Counted from the first letter of the stretch, positions 1 to 15,594 are shown. The stretch: 64,000 bases of DNA from the human T2T-CHM13v2.0 reference genome, Homo sapiens (GCF_009914755.1 NC_060926.1), one strand, 5' to 3'. A program made the numbers and translations. Notes: generated by a model not told the origin, from the letters alone.

Positions 1-645
<645 letters not shown>

Positions 646-713
646 TGGGGTGGGGGAATCTATAGAGCTAAGATAGTCAAACTGTAAGGCTGATGTGTGG
701 AATGGTTCACCTA

Positions 714-1053
<340 letters not shown>

Positions 1054-1094
1054 CTACCCATGAAGATGATTATAAAATGAATCACAATGTTAGC

Positions 1095-1330
1095 TAAACT
1101 TACTGGGCACTTGTGGGCCAGGAAATCAAAGTACTTTAAATGCAAAGTACTTTAACTCCTCTACCAGTCCCATGATATAGGTGCTACTATTTCTTACCCA
1201 CTACACGTGTGAAAGCACTGAGGCAGAGAGAAGTGAAGTAGCGTATCTAAAGTCACAGAGCTAGTCCGAGGTGGGGCTCGAACCACACACATAGGCTGGA
1301 GAGCCCACACCCTTAACCACTTTTCTGTAT
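1095..1330 (-). mobile_element. MIR
   Basis: Reverse-complement MIR core actgaggcagagagaagtgaagt...aagtcacagagctagt. Confidence 0.65.
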
Positions 1331-1892
1331 TGGGATGTGGGAAATGTTACAAATCAAGGGCCAAAGAAAGGATGTACTCAGAGAGGTGAAAGAAGAAAGG
1401 TTTGCCAAAGTAATCGGTCAGATCAGCTGACAACTCTGGATGCTCAGTGGGTGAGAGATGTCAGAAGATGATCTCCTTTCCTCACATCCAGAGGGAGATG
1501 AAAACCTGTGGTGTGAGTTTTAAGGGATATAGGATTTTTGTATGGGAGTGGAAGAGAAATAGTGTGGCAGTAAGAATGGGGTACTGAGCTCTGTGGCTAT
1601 GTTCATACCTAGCAAGCTGCATCCACCTGAAAAGGTTGTGATGTGGCAGAAGGTCCGTGTTAAAAGTAGGTGCTGGCTAGAGAGGGTGCCTTCAGGATCT
1701 GCTGCTGCCTGCAGAACTGGAATTTCCTCCTGACCCACCTCTCAGGGATGGCCTGAGTCTCCAGCCCTCACCAATTCTTAGGAAAAGATGAAGTTGTTCT
1801 TAGTTGTAGCAGTCTAGATCAAATCAAGTGATGTAAAACACAGTAGCTTAAGCAGAAGCTTAATATGAGAATTATTAAATATGATAAAAAGA

Positions 1893-2165
1893 GGCTGGGC
1901 ACGGTGGCTTGCACCTGTAATCCCAGCACTTTGGCAGGCCGAGGTGGGTGGATCACTTGAGGTCAGGAGTTCGAGACCAGCCTGGCCAACATGGTGAAAC
2001 TCCGTCCCTACAAAAACTACAAAAATTAGCTGGGAGGCGCATGCCTCTTGTCCCAGTTACTGGGGATGCTGAGAGAGGAGAATCGCTTGAACGCAGGAGG
2101 CGATGAGCTGAGATTGTGTCACTGCACTCCAGCCTGGGCGACAGAGTGAAAAAAAAAAAAAAAAG
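1893..2165 (+). mobile_element. Alu (AluS)
   Basis: ggctgggcacggtggc... dimer with poly-A tail. Confidence 0.93.
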
Positions 2166-3172
2166 AATCACTATAAGATATAAGGAAACTATATAGTACC
2201 CTAGGGCTGAGAGAGAGTACCCAAGAAAAAATTAAATTGGAAAGGTTTCAGATGTGATTGAAGAACATGTGATTTAGTCCACCTGACAGGAGAAATGTAT
2301 ACTGGCTTTCCCAGTCTGAAGCTGGTCTGGAGTTGCTGAGTGAGCAACAGGCCACCTTCTGAAATGCAAGTACAGGAGCAGGCAATTAGCAACTGGTGGC
2401 AAAGGCATGCAGTGGGAGTCTGGGCACTGACAGGCAGGAGGGCTTCAGAGAATGTGGCATTCTCTGAAATTTACAAAATTTGCTCCTCATCTCATCATCT
2501 TCTGAGGGCCAGGATTGGGGAATTCATGTGGACATCCTAGAGATATTTTGTGATAAAAATGTGAGAGTGTGGAATCTTGCACTGCTCACGAATGGGTTGC
2601 ACCTTACAAGGGGTCAACAAGATTTCCAATGGAGATGATTTGATCATGAGAGGAAAATCCAAGGACCAACATTTCCAAATGGGAGGGGACACAGTCTTAA
2701 TTTTGGCATTCCTCCTTTATGGCTCTCTGATAGTCCCCTGCCACCCTCCCTGTTTGTTATGGGGTTAAGTGATGGAAGCAGGGACAGACCAGGAGGGGGC
2801 TGTGCTCTGTGAACAAAGGCACAACCTTGTAAATTTAAATAAAATAAAACCAACTCTGAGTCCCCATCCTGTTGGATGAGAGGGGAATTGTACTGTAGGG
2901 CTTTCTCCTTCAACCCTTCTTTGCCTCAGAATGGTATAAAGGTTCCAGGGGCTTTATGAAGAATAAAATATTTGAGGAGGATTATGAGGGTTTTGGCTAC
3001 TGTTGAGTGCTGTGGGGTTTTTTTTCTCTCTCTTTTCCTTTTTAATAAGTAGATAAATGGGGGAAGAAAAGGCTAAACTAATAAGAAAGAATAAAGTGTT
3101 TCACAATTGTTTTGAGGGTATTTCTCATAGTCTATTTGCCTAGAAAGCAGAACCCAAGGTAAAAGTTTATGG

Positions 3173-6027
3173 TGTAACTAATAAACTGAATTCAACAACA
3201 CCTTAAAAGGATCTTACACCATGAACAAGTGGGATTTATTCCAAGCATGTAAGAATGGTTTAACATATGCAAATTGATAAATGTGATACACCATATTAAC
3301 AAAATGAAGGATAAAAATCATATGATCATCTAAATAGAGACAGCAAAAACATTTGACAAAATTCAGCATCCTTTTATGATAAAAACGTTCAATAAAGGAG
3401 ATATAGAAGAAATATGCCTCAACATAATAAAGGCCATATATGACAACCCCACAGCTAACACCATACACAACAGTAAAAAGCTGAAAGCCTTTCCTCTAAG
3501 ATCAGGAAAAAGATAATGATGCCCACTTTGGTCACATCTTCTTTAATGTAGTATTGAAGGCCTAACCAGAGCAATTAGGCAAGAAAAAGAAATAAAAGGC
3601 ATCCAAATTGGAAAAGAAAAACTAAAATTTTCTCTGCTTGCAGATGGCATGATCTTATATATAGAAAACCCAGAAAAGCTCTACCCCCAAGCTACTAGAA
3701 CTAATAAACAAATTAAGTAAAGTGGCAGAATACAAAATTAACATACAAAAAATTAGTAGCTATACATGAACTATACATTAGTTTCTATACACTAACAAGG
3801 AACTAGCCCTTGAAAGAAATTAAAAAAATGATTCCATTTATAAGAGCATAAAAAAACTTTGGAATAAATTTAACCAAGCAGGTGAAAGCTCTATACATTG
3901 AAAACTATAAAGAACTGATGACAGAAATCCAAGAAGTCACAAATAAATGGAAAAATATCCTATGTTCATGAATTGGAAGAATTAATATTGTTCAGGTGTC
4001 TATATTACCCAAAGCAATCTACAGATTTAATGCAATCCCTATCAAAGTTCTAATGACATTTTTTCACAGAAATAGAAAAAACAATACTAAAGTTTATACG
4101 GAGCCACGAAAAGCCAAGAGTAGCCAAAGCAATCTTGAACATAAAGAACAAAAGTGGAAGCATCACACTACTTGATTTCAAAATATACAACAAAGCTATA
4201 GTAATCAAAAAAGCATGTTACTGGCATAAAAACAGATGCATAAGTCAGTGGAATAGAACAGAAAGCCAAGCCCAGAAATAAACTCACATGATTATGATTC
4301 ATTAATCTTTGACAAAGGTGTCAGGAACACACATGGGGAAAGGATAGTTTCTTCAATAAATGGTTTTGGGAAAACTGGATCTCCCCATGCAGAAGAATGA
4401 AACTGGACCCTTATCTCATACCATTTACAAAATTCAATTCGAAGTGGATTAAGACTTAAACATAAGACCCCAAACTGTAAAACTAGTAGAAAAAAAATAG
4501 GACTTCTTGATATTGGTCTTAGAAATGATTTTTTGGATGTGATTACATCCAAATGGGATTACTTCAAACTAAAAAGCTGCTTCTGTGCAGGAAATGAAAC
4601 AATCAACTAAGTGAAGAGACAACCTATGAATGGGAGAAGATATTTGTAAGCCATGCATCTGATAAGGGGTTAATATCGAAAATACTTAAGGAACTTACAC
4701 AATTCAATAGCAAAGAAACAAATAACCTGATTAAAAATGGGCAAAGGACCCAAATAAACATTTTTCCAAAGAAAACATAAAAATGGCCAACAGTTATATG
4801 AGAAGGTGCTCAATGTCACTAAGCATCAGAGAAACGCAAATCAAAATGACAATGGGATATCACCTCAAACATGTTAGAATGGCTGTTATCAAAAAGACAA
4901 AAGATAGCAAGTCTTGATGAGAATGTGGAGAAAAGGGAACCCTTGTACACAGTTGGTTGCAAAGCAAATTAGTACAGCTATTATGAAAAACAGTATGGAA
5001 GTGCCTCAAAATTTAAACATATAATACCATATGGTCCAGCAATCCCACTTCTATGGTATTTCAAAGGAAATGAAATCAGTATCTCAGTGAGATATCTGTG
5101 CTTCCATATTTATTGCAGCATTACTCACAATAACCAAGATGTGGAATCAGCCTAAGTGTCCATCAATGGATGAATGGATTAAGAAACTGTGTACATGTAT
5201 ACCTACAGCGGAATATTCTTCAGCCTTAAAAAAGATGACAATTCTGCTATTGTGACAATATGAATGAACCTGGAGGACATTAAGCTAAGTTAAATAAGCC
5301 AGGCACAGAAAGACAAATGCTGCATGATCTCATGGTTAGGTAGAATCTAAAAAAGTCAAACTTATAGAAGCAAAGAGTAGAATGGTGGTTTCCAGGGGCT
5401 GGGAGTTGGGAGAAATGCAGAGATGTTGGTCAAGGGTACAAAGTTTTAGTTAGGCAGGATGAATAGTTCTGGAGGTCTAATGCATAGTACAGTGACTCTA
5501 GTAACCAATGCTGGATTGTATACTTGAAATTTGCTGAAAGAGTAATCTTAAATGTTGCTACACACAATAATAACTAAGATAACGTATATGTTAATTAGCG
5601 TGATAGTGGTGGTAATCATTCCACAATGTATATACATATCAAAGCATCACATTTTATACCTTAAATATATATAGTTTTATTTATTTATTTATTTTTTGAG
5701 ACAGGGTCTTGCTCTATTGCCAGCTATGCTGGAGAGCAGTGGTATGATCATGACTCATTGCAGCCTCGACCTTCTGGGCTCAAGTGATCCTCCTGCCTCA
5801 GCCTTCTGAGTAGCTGGGACTACAGGCACCCATCACGAACTGGCTCATTTTTAAATTTTTTGTAGAGATGAAGTCGTCTATATTGCACAGTCTGGTCTCA
5901 AATTCCGGGCCTCAAGTGATCCTCCCACCTTGGCCTCCCAATGTATTGGGATTACAGGCATGAGCCCCTGCACCTAGCCTACACATAATTTTTATTTGTT
6001 AATTTTACCTAAATAAAGCTGGAGAAG
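3173..6027 (+). mobile_element. 5'-truncated L1 (L1MA-like): decayed ORF2 RT/C-terminal region plus 3'UTR
   Basis: Remnants of HHDQVGFIPGMQGWFN and KNHMIISIDAEKAFDKIQHP near 3215-3375; FADD motif decayed to LLADG at ~3634-3648; L1 3'UTR and aataaa at 6012; TSD aaaagtttatgg (3161-3172) / aaaagcttatgg (6028-6039). Confidence 0.92.
5675..5979 (-). mobile_element. AluJ inserted in the L1 3'UTR
   Basis: AluJ-type segments (cagcctcgaccttctgggctcaagtgatcctcc) and a (TTTA)n tail. Confidence 0.9.
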
Positions 6028-6065
6028 AAAAGCTTATGGCTTTATATTTTGTTTAGGAATGCAGA

Positions 6066-6745
6066 CCAGTGGTGTGCTAGAGCTAGCTTGAACTGCCTCA
6101 CAAAAGCTGATCATTTAATTTTCAGAGATTGTTGTTAAACACAGCCATTTAATTTTTAATAATTAAATTACATAAACGTACAATTAGAAGAAATTATATT
6201 AAAAACAAAAGCAATAAATACCCAAAACTCATGACTCCCTAATTATTTGACTATATTTTTCTATTATCTATGCTTTTGAGGTTATTTACATTTATTATGG
6301 ATATACCAAAAAAATGTAGTATCAGAGCAACTCCACTTCCAGTAACATTATGTTGTTAGGTTGAAATCAGACATTTTGGGAGTACTGTACATCACAGATA
6401 GAGGCAAAGGCTACAAATCAGGGCTTGATTTGTCTTGTTGATTGTATAGAGTTAAGAAAGTAAAGAAGAAAATGTTAATATTACAAATTAAACTTAAAAG
6501 CATGTCATGTTTGGAGCCGTTATGTTAGGAATACTACGTAAAATGGAAATGTTCTTCTGGAATGTGAAAACTGTTGTCCAATACAACAAAGAAATTGTTC
6601 ATGCCATGACGATTACAGTTCAGACACATGTCTTTGTACTTTCTCTTTCATCTTACTTATTAATTTAAACGAAAATATCAGCCAACATTTACATTGGAAC
6701 TACACTTGAGAGCCAGATATTAAATATTCACCAGCACATTACTGG
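6066..6745. mobile_element. MER63-like hAT-Blackjack DNA transposon
   Basis: Terminal inverted repeats ccagtggtgtgct (6066-6078) and agcacattactgg (6733-6745); internal gagagccagatattaaatattcaccagc. Confidence 0.7.
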
Positions 6746-6819
6746 CACAGGCCCCAGGGGCCAGGAGTGAGGGAAAAAGGAAGTGAGGTAGGGAAAGAAA
6801 CAGTGCAAATATAAGGAGG

Positions 6820-7424
6820 TGTGGGTTCACATCCAAAGGAATTGAAAACAGGATCACAAAGAGTTATTTGCACACCCGTGTTCATTGCAGCATTATTCAC
6901 AACAGCCAAGAGATGGAAGCAACCTACAGGTCCATTGATGGAAAAATGAATAAAGAAAACGTGCTATATATACAGGATGGAATACTATTCAGCCTTAAAA
7001 AAGAAGAAAATTATGTGATAGGCAAAAACACAGATGAACCCTTGAGAACGTTAAGGACACTGGCTAAGTGAAATAAGCCAATCACAAAGACAGATACATA
7101 CAGCATGATTCCACTTACTTGAGGTATCTAAAGTAGTCAAACAGAAGTGGAAACAGAAAGCAGAATGGTGGTTGCCAGGAACTGTAGGGAGGGGGATAGA
7201 GGAGTTGCTGTTCAGTGGGAACAGAGTTTCAGTTCTGCAAGATGCAAAAGTCCTAGAGATCTGTTGCACAATGATGTGCGCATAGATGACACTGATGTAT
7301 TGTAAACATTTACAAATAAGATGGCAAATTTTATGCCACTTAACTATATGTATTATATATATTTTTATACATGTATTATATGCATTTTACTACATAACAT
7401 ACAGAAAAGAGGAAAAAAGAAAAG
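6820..7424 (+). mobile_element. L1MB-like 3' fragment
   Basis: tgttcattgcagcattattcacaacagccaaga...ggaatactattcagccttaaaaaag; perfect 13-bp TSD aaatataaggagg at 6807-6819 and 7425-7437. Confidence 0.85.
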
Positions 7425-7927
7425 AAATATAAGGAGGCATATTATTGATCTGGTCTCAGAGTCTTAAGGGCAGCTAATTGTGTGGTTTTGTAGTATACCT
7501 TCCGAGTTTCCAAATAGTCCACCTGGAGAAGAAAGGGAAAAGAAGTTATCTCCCAGCTCCAACCCCACTTTGTCTACCAGTGATCAAAGTCACTCTAGGG
7601 GGTGTAACCTCACCGTACCCCTGGCTACGTCACCAGAAGTTGGCAGGTTTGCAGGTGCAGCAATCTTTCTTAGTCTGCTCTGTGCATGGGGCTTCTCAAC
7701 CTGTGGCTGTGGTGGCAGCAGCAGTGACCTGGCTCCATGATCATAAGCTACTTCTAGGGCCAGAAAGCAAGGCATGTGCATAGACCTGAGTGGCATAGAT
7801 ACTGAGCCTAGTACAGTGATTCCCTGGGTTCTACATTTAAGCTGAAATCAGGAAAGGAGTTTTATGAGGACACTGTTGTTTGTCACCAGAAATAGGGAGG
7901 AAAACAGAATTGCAAATTGGCATGTAA

Positions 7928-8303
<376 letters not shown>

Positions 8304-9344
8304 TAGGTAATATATTTTCTGCAGAGGAAAAGCATTTTCATAGTATCTACTCAGAGTTCCATACAGCAAAATAAAGGCCAGTACTATTGGTGACTGTTGT
8401 ACTGTGGCTGTAGTAAGTAGTTTATAAAACTCAGCTAACGAATGGGAGAAAGCTACATTTATTAAAAGATCATGATATTGATAAGAATGCATTTTAATTT
8501 TCAAGGTATCATTTCAGAGAGTGAATTTATCTGCATAAAGAGCTGACTGGAACGTAGATTTTATTATTCTCCACTATTGGGAAATTGGCAATGACAAGTA
8601 GGGTCAAATCCCCTTTATTTATATTGCATTTATGTTGTGCTTTGGAGAACAGATTGTCACATTAATTAAGCTGAACAAATTCTTGTGAAGAGGACTTACT
8701 TTTATTAGCGAGCACTTATTAATCACAAGGCTTTCCTTTCATCTAATCAGTTGTTACAACTACTCTCCTGGTGAAGCAGTTTTTATTTCCCTTCCTATTC
8801 AGCAGTGAAGAAATTCACTCAAGGTCATCCAGATAGAACTACACAGAGGAGACATGACATTTTTCTTAACAACGGTTTAGGATCTTGTAGCAAGGGTACT
8901 CCCTAGAAGAGGAAAGCAATTATTAAGACAATAAAATTGTCATGAAGGTGCAATTTGTCTCCTCTGTGCTTTCTGTTCCCCAGTCCATCTCAACTCCCTA
9001 AAGTTTGAATCCCTTTAGCAACACCCTCAGGGACCTCTGACGTCTCCTCACTTTACCATCCTCAGCCCTTGCTCCCACGCACGTAGCTTGACTATCTCTG
9101 GACAGCGTCCACGGTCAGACACAACCTGTGCTCCTTCTTTGTTGCACATCTCTGATGATGACAGTATAGTAGGTCATGGGTTAACCCTAGAAAAAAGTCC
9201 CTTTTATATCTCTCAGAAAGCAAATTAGTCCATAAGTAACTCCAGGCACGTTCTCAAGCCTGGGTGAGATATTTATGGCTGGTTGAAGAGAAGAACATCC
9301 AATGCCCCTATAATGGCTGCCAGGGCACTCCCCATCCCATCGCT

Positions 9345-9778
9345 CTCCGCTGCTGTCTTATCCCCTCGCCTTTACCACTTTACTGCACCCTGGTCTGACA
9401 TCTGACTGCCAGCGCCTGCATTTCCGAAATTGTGGGTTTTTCCCGTGGGAGCTGCAGGCCAGCAGCGCCCCTACCCTCAGCAGCCTTCCACTGATTGACA
9501 GAAGTCGGTGTATGTGAATACCCCAACCGCTCACCCTGGGGGTGGGACAACCCTGAGGCCCACGCTCTACACTGGTCTCAGAGTTCCACAGCAGAATCAA
9601 GCTCCAGTTGCTTATGTATTAGCTTGCTTGATAATAATCCTTTCACTGACTTCCTTCCTTGCTCATCTCACTTCCCTACTCGCCTAATGGTGCTATCTGG
9701 GATTGCCTCCCCAATAAAATACTTTGCTTGGGGATTCTTGCCTCAAGATTGGCCTCTGGAAGGAACCCAAATAAGCAG
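9345..9778 (+). mobile_element. ERVL LTR (LTR16-like)
   Basis: 3' end ...ctcccaataaaatactttgc...cttgcctcaagattggcctctggaaggaacccaaataagca. Confidence 0.6.
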
Positions 9779-12014
9779 ACTCCAAAATTGTAGGACAAAT
9801 TTGAACTGAATATAAGACCAACCTTTACTTTCAAAAGAGCCCTGGAAGATGGGGTATGAAGTTTGGCTGAGCTCTTTCTATGCTTGTTGCATGACTTTGA
9901 TTTGCCTGGAGCTGAAGGGACTCTGGATGTTCCAGTTCTCCACACCTCATTAGTTTTTCAAAGTTGTTTCACAAAGCCAGTAGTTCTCTATTTTTATCTA
10001 TGTTAGCTCTTTTTGAGATAAAGTTTAATTAATGTATTAGATTCTGTGAGAGAAGCAATGAGCCTGAAATTTAATGAGTTAATCTTTTTTCTCCCTTTCT
10101 TTTCTCTAATAATGGGAGCATGTTGGCATTTGGCTAAGTTCCATACAGTTTGATATGTAGTTGTAAATACAAAAATAGATGAACTAAGTACCTAGCTCCC
10201 CAAGTTAGAAGAGATGATGGCAAAATACATTTAAGGAAAGTAGGAGGAAAACACAATAAATATAAAAACAGTGATTATTGAATTAACACCCACAAAAAGT
10301 ATAGCATTGATAAATCAAAGAGTAGGCTCTTAAAAAAAGCAATAAGTTATATAAACTTCTGGCAAGTCTGTTCAGGAGAAAAAAGAGAACACAAGCAGAT
10401 TTACCTATATACTGTACATCACATTAATGAATCAAAGGATGCCTTTTTATCACAGCTGTTTTTCAGCATTGTTTAGGAAATTATGCAGAATTACCCTAAC
10501 TTCAATCCAGTAACACAGGTTTTCCAAGCAGTGGTGGCTGTGGAAGGTCTGGGTAGGAAAGGATAAGAGAACACAGGCTGTGGCATGGGGGTGTTGGAGA
10601 CAGGACTGCCATTGTCCTGAGGCATATTAGTGGATGTTTTGCATATTAGTGGATGTATAATAGTGATGAAAGGTTGAATAAGTTTAGCTAGGATTCTTTA
10701 TCACATGACTTTTCAAAGCCCTCAACACTCCAATGTAAGCAGAGAACCTACGAGAGGGAGATAAAGGATCCAGCATTTTTCAAATTCATGGAATGCTAGG
10801 GCCCTGTGGACTGTGGATTACACAACACTGTGCTAGGGGCTGTGGTGAAGCAAGAACTGAAAAGCAGCACAAAAAGAACTATAAATTTATTTACAAAAAT
10901 AGGTCATTAATTTTGTTTGCTAGAGAATATGATCGTTTCTCTAGGAAGTGTAAGAAAATTAATTGAAAACCTATATGACCAGCTACAACATAACTATGTA
11001 CAAAGTAATAGCTTTTCAACATGCCAACAAACACCAGGTACAAATAAAATAGAAAAAAAATTATATTTAAATACCATGAAACTATAAAATACTTAGGAAT
11101 AAAATTGACAAGAAATACACTGGATCTATATGAAGAAAGTCAAAAAGTGTTCCTGAAAACCATAAAACAACAAATGGGGAGCTTTTTCTATGTTTTGAAG
11201 ATGTTGGTTTCCCAAATTAATCTGTGGATATCATATAGACACAATTAGAATAGTGATAGAAATTTAAAAGGAATTTAAACAATTATCTAAAGTTAACTAA
11301 AAGCTTTCTACTTTCGTGTTGCATTTTTGAAATAAAAATTCGTATTTATTATTTTTGCAATGAGATAAAAATTATTAAAACATGAGAAATACTCTTAAAA
11401 TATTTAAGCAAGAAGTAATATAGGAAGGACTTACCTTACTAGATGTGAATATAATATATGAAAAGACTATAAAAATGTAACAAAGTTTCATGGTACTGAA
11501 TTAAGACCATGTGATAAAGAATAGACGCACACTCTAGAAGACTAAATAGCTTAAAATGTAGCAAATGAGTCATCACAAATCTATTCCAAAGACATGAATT
11601 GTTTAATAACTGGTGTTGAGAAAATTGGCTATTTTCAAAAGCAGTTAACTTAGAACCTCACTTAGAAGTGTATGCAAAGCTTTAAAAAAAACTTGAAAAA
11701 AACCAGCAAGGAAGAGATTATGTATTTAATCTCTAAATAGGTAAAAAAAAATCCCCCAGTAGAAAACAGAAGGAATTACAAAGAAAAAACACGTAGAATT
11801 GATTACATAAAGTTTTAAATTTTCCACTCTTCAAAAACGATGTAAAAATGAGAAGGAAAACAACAAATGGGGATTATAAGTTTTAATCATTTAAGCCCTC
11901 ATAAAAATGATTTAAAAAATTCTGAGATCTCAATGAACAAAGAACAAGAAGATGGAAAATTCAGAAAGGAGAAATTATAAATGACTAATACATATATTGT
12001 AAAGCTTTATTCAC

Positions 12015-12157
12015 TTTTTATTAGAGACAGGGGGAGTAGAGGGAGCAAGGATTTGCTATATTGCCCGGGATGGTTTCGAACTCCTGGCTGCAAGTGATCC
12101 TCCTGCCTCTGCCTCCCAAAGTGCTGGGATTACAGGTGTGAATGACTGGGGCTGGCC
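12015..12157 (-). mobile_element. FLAM / Alu left monomer
   Basis: gaactcctggctgcaagtgatcctcctgcctctgcctcccaaagtgctgggattacagg; monomer length only. Confidence 0.8.
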
Positions 12158-12170
12158 CTAAAACATTTTA

Positions 12171-12476
<306 letters not shown>

Positions 12477-12549
12477 ACATTTTATATATCAACTTTAGTG
12501 TTAATCAAAGAAATGCACAATAAAGCACAGTGGATTGCCAAGTCTGGTT

Positions 12550-12995
12550 GAAAATTGGAAGCTGTATCCTCTCTCAGACAGAGATGGCCTGCTTGCTCCA
12601 AGCATCATGCTGGGAAGTGCTGAGCAGCCATGGACCACATTTCCCACACAGTCAGGTGCCACCCTGTGCCTGCGTTCCAGCCAATGGAGAGTTGGTGGAA
12701 CTGATGTAAGCCTTTTGTGGACTGGGCCCCTAAAAGCCTCCCGCATAGAAATACATCATGTTTTTTGTTCCTTCTGGCTGGCCAGAATAGAAGGCAACCC
12801 CAGGATAACCTTGAAGCCAAGTGTTGAAGAAAGCAAAGCCTTGTCAATTCTGGGTCCCTGAAAGACCCAGATAGATTGGAGCCTGCTTATTATTCCCATA
12901 TCCACTACTGTAATGAGAACAAGAATAAATTCCTGTTGTGTATGAGCTACCATCCGCTTTGGGGTCTATTTGTTACAGCAGTTAGTCTACCATAC
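12550..12995 (+). mobile_element. MLT1-family MaLR LTR
   Basis: 3' end aataaattcctgttgtgt...ggggtctatttgttacagcag. Confidence 0.6.
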
Positions 12996-13039
12996 CACTA
13001 CTGCATCCCAGGATGCTTTGGCCCAGTCTTACTCTAACA

Positions 13040-13215
13040 AACTGGGTGCTGCCAACACATGGGGCTTTGTGGGCCACATGGTCTCTATGGCAACCACTCA
13101 ACTTTACCATTGCAGAGGAAAGCAGTCTCAGACAATACTTAAATGAATGGCTGTGGCAGTGCTTCAATAAAGCTTTACTTACAGAAACAGGCAGCTGGTA
13201 AGATTTGTTCCAGGT
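13040..13215. mobile_element. MER58A-like hAT-Charlie MITE
   Basis: ggctttgtgggccacatggtctctatggcaaccactcaact...aatgaatggctgtggcagtgcttcaataaagcttta. Confidence 0.7.
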
Positions 13216-13239
13216 GGCTGCCAGGTCTCTGCTGTATCC

Positions 13240-13410
13240 CTTTACCCTGTTTTATTTTCTTTCACAGAACTTACTGCTACATGATGTATTCTATATTGAA
13301 GCTCCCTGAGAAAAGAGATGTTTTGTGTCTCATTTATCAACATATCCCCCGCATGCAGAATAATGACTAGCTCATAACAGACCTTTGATAAACATTTGTT
13401 GAATAAATGA
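13240..13410 (+). mobile_element. L2 3' end
   Basis: gctccctgag...aaacatttgttgaataaatga. Confidence 0.6.
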
Positions 13411-14599
13411 TCATAAGGTTTTGGTGAAATCGGTTCATTCATCCACTGCTGCTATAATTGTTAATTTTAGTATTTTATTTCTGCAAAACAATGTGGCAGA
13501 ACTTATTGAAAATGGTATTCATTAATTTTAACTTTTTCACTTCTAGGAAATAACCAGGAATGCAAAGAGCTTATCACCTCATTATTTACAACAGTGAAAA
13601 TGGAAAAAGTAAGCCTAAATCGGGTGATAGTTAATCAAATTATAGTAGACACCTCTAGACATATTTTGAAAATATAAAAATTATTATACAGAATTTTTAA
13701 TGACAACAGAAAAATGTTAATTTTAACGAAAAAAACAAAACTATAGTGTGTTTCTGAAATGTATATATAAAAAGTGTTGCATCAAACGAGAAGAGAACAT
13801 GATGATCCTGTTCCTTTGTCTGTGTTTGACTGAGTCTTCATGAGTCTTACACCACTCAAGCAGTGGACACAAAATTAGCAATAAGTTTTATCTGGTTTGT
13901 GAGTGTTAAATGGGGCATTCCTCCCTCTTCTGAGCTAAATCTTGGGGAGGTAAAATGAGAATACATCTCTTAATTTTTACTCTTTCTCTTTCTTCCCCTC
14001 CCCACAATGCCTAGGGCCCTGTGAGAGGCAGGTGCCTCCCTCCTTCTTCCTATGCAGATCTTTACTTTGTGGCCCAGTTAGTCAAGTCTTGCTCTTGATC
14101 TGAACTTTAGGATAATGATGCCTAATCAGCTTTAAGTGGCTACTAGTTCTGTGCTGTGAGGTTGTCCCCACCATTATTCCTTTTAGTAAAAGTCTGAGGA
14201 TGCTGCAGTAGTGTGTGAGTGTTTTGGGGGTGGGCATGTGCATGGGGGATATACATAAGATGGGAAGGTGATGAGCCTTGGGTTCTGAGCTTTGATCAGG
14301 AGCAAAGTGTGCTGATCAGAAATCCAGAGTTGGAGGCCCAGGTTCAGAGTCAGGGAACAGCAGAACCAGATCTATCTTGGGCTGTCTCAGCAGTGGACAT
14401 GAGCTAAACCTCTACTTCTCCCAAAGACATAGTTCTAGGAAAAAGTGAACCCCTAAGGATATTGAGGAAGGTGAGCAAGATCCTGTGTTTATGTGAGATA
14501 GAGGGCTGGTCATTTTATTTTGATATTTCATGGGGATATCTGGGTTATACTTGCATTTCCATACACTTGTACATCTTGTTAGCCTGCCTGGAATGTCCA

Positions 14600-14870
14600 T
14601 GGTCAGGTAGTATAGAATAGTATTTAGGCATGAGGACTTCAGAACCAGACTGTCTGGATTCCAAGCCCAGATTTATCACTTCCAGAACTTGAACAAATTT
14701 GACTCTTTCAAGTCTCAGTGTTCTCATCTGTAATATGGGGATGGTAAATAGCTCTTGCTTTATGTAGTTGCTGTGGGGGCTAAATGCGATAATGGGATGA
14801 TGGTGTGAGTGCTTAGTGTAGAGCCTGATGCAGAGTAGGAATTCAGTAAATGCCAACTACTGCTATTATC
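14600..14870 (+). mobile_element. MIR
   Basis: tctcagtgttctcatctgtaatatggggatgg...gtgcttagtgtagagcctg. Confidence 0.75.
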
Positions 14871-14949
14871 ATTCATTTGTCTTTTCCTTCTTTTTCACTT
14901 ATGGGATCCTGCTCATTCTTTAGGCTCAGCTCAGATGCCAGACTTGCAG

Positions 14950-15580
14950 TTGTCCTTTCTTTCTATTATTATGTGCCTTGTGATCTCACAAGTTCTGTGG
15001 CTTTAAATACCATCTATAGACTGATGCTGAGTCATCTTCATGCTGACCTCTGTCTGGACCATAGGTTCCTACAACTAACTGCCTATGTGATGCTTCCACT
15101 TGGATGACTCTAGGCATCTCTAACTTGAAAGGCCTCAAACAGAATTTTTGATCCCCTGACCCCAATATGCCCGTTCTGCAGCCTTCTCTATCTCAGAGGA
15201 TGGTAGCTCCATTCCCCAGTTACTCAGTTCCCAAATCCTGCAGTCATTATTGACTCCTCCCTCTCTCTCACACCAAACTGCAGTCCACCAGCAAATCCTC
15301 TTGTTTCTGCCTTCAAAATACAGCTGGAAACAGACCACTTCTCTCCACCTCTGTACGTCCCCCTGGTCCAAGCCCCATCACTCTCACTGGGTTATTGCAG
15401 GAGCCTCCTGACTGGTCTCCCTGCTTCTGCCGTTGTGGGTCTACCAGCTATTCTCACATTTCGGTCAGAACCGTCATTTAGAAGTATAAATTGTAGGGCA
15501 TCATGCCATTGCTCAAAAAACACCCTGGCTTTCCATCTTGCTTGAAGTAAAGACTCAAGTCCTTAGATTGGCCTCCAAGG
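14950..15580 (+). mobile_element. L2 fragment
   Basis: ccacttggatgactctaggcatctc...tcattattgactcctccctctctctcac...ctcctgactggtctccctgcttc. Confidence 0.75.
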
Positions 15581-15594
15581 CCATATATATATAG

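Larger units (their letters stand above)
3125..7815 (-). mobile_element. Old ERVL-class LTR (LTR33/LTR41-like), broken into four pieces by younger insertions
   Basis: Pieces 3125-3172, 6040-6066, 6746-6819 and 7438-7815 join across TSDs into an LTR-like sequence (cctagaaagcagaaccc...cccagggggccaggagtgaggg...aaatataaggagg...ttattgatctggtc). Confidence 0.5.

Noticed and set aside
3173-5100. L1 ORF2 as a functional reverse transcriptase
   Set aside because: 5'-truncated, full of stops and frameshifts, and the catalytic FADD motif has decayed to LADG.
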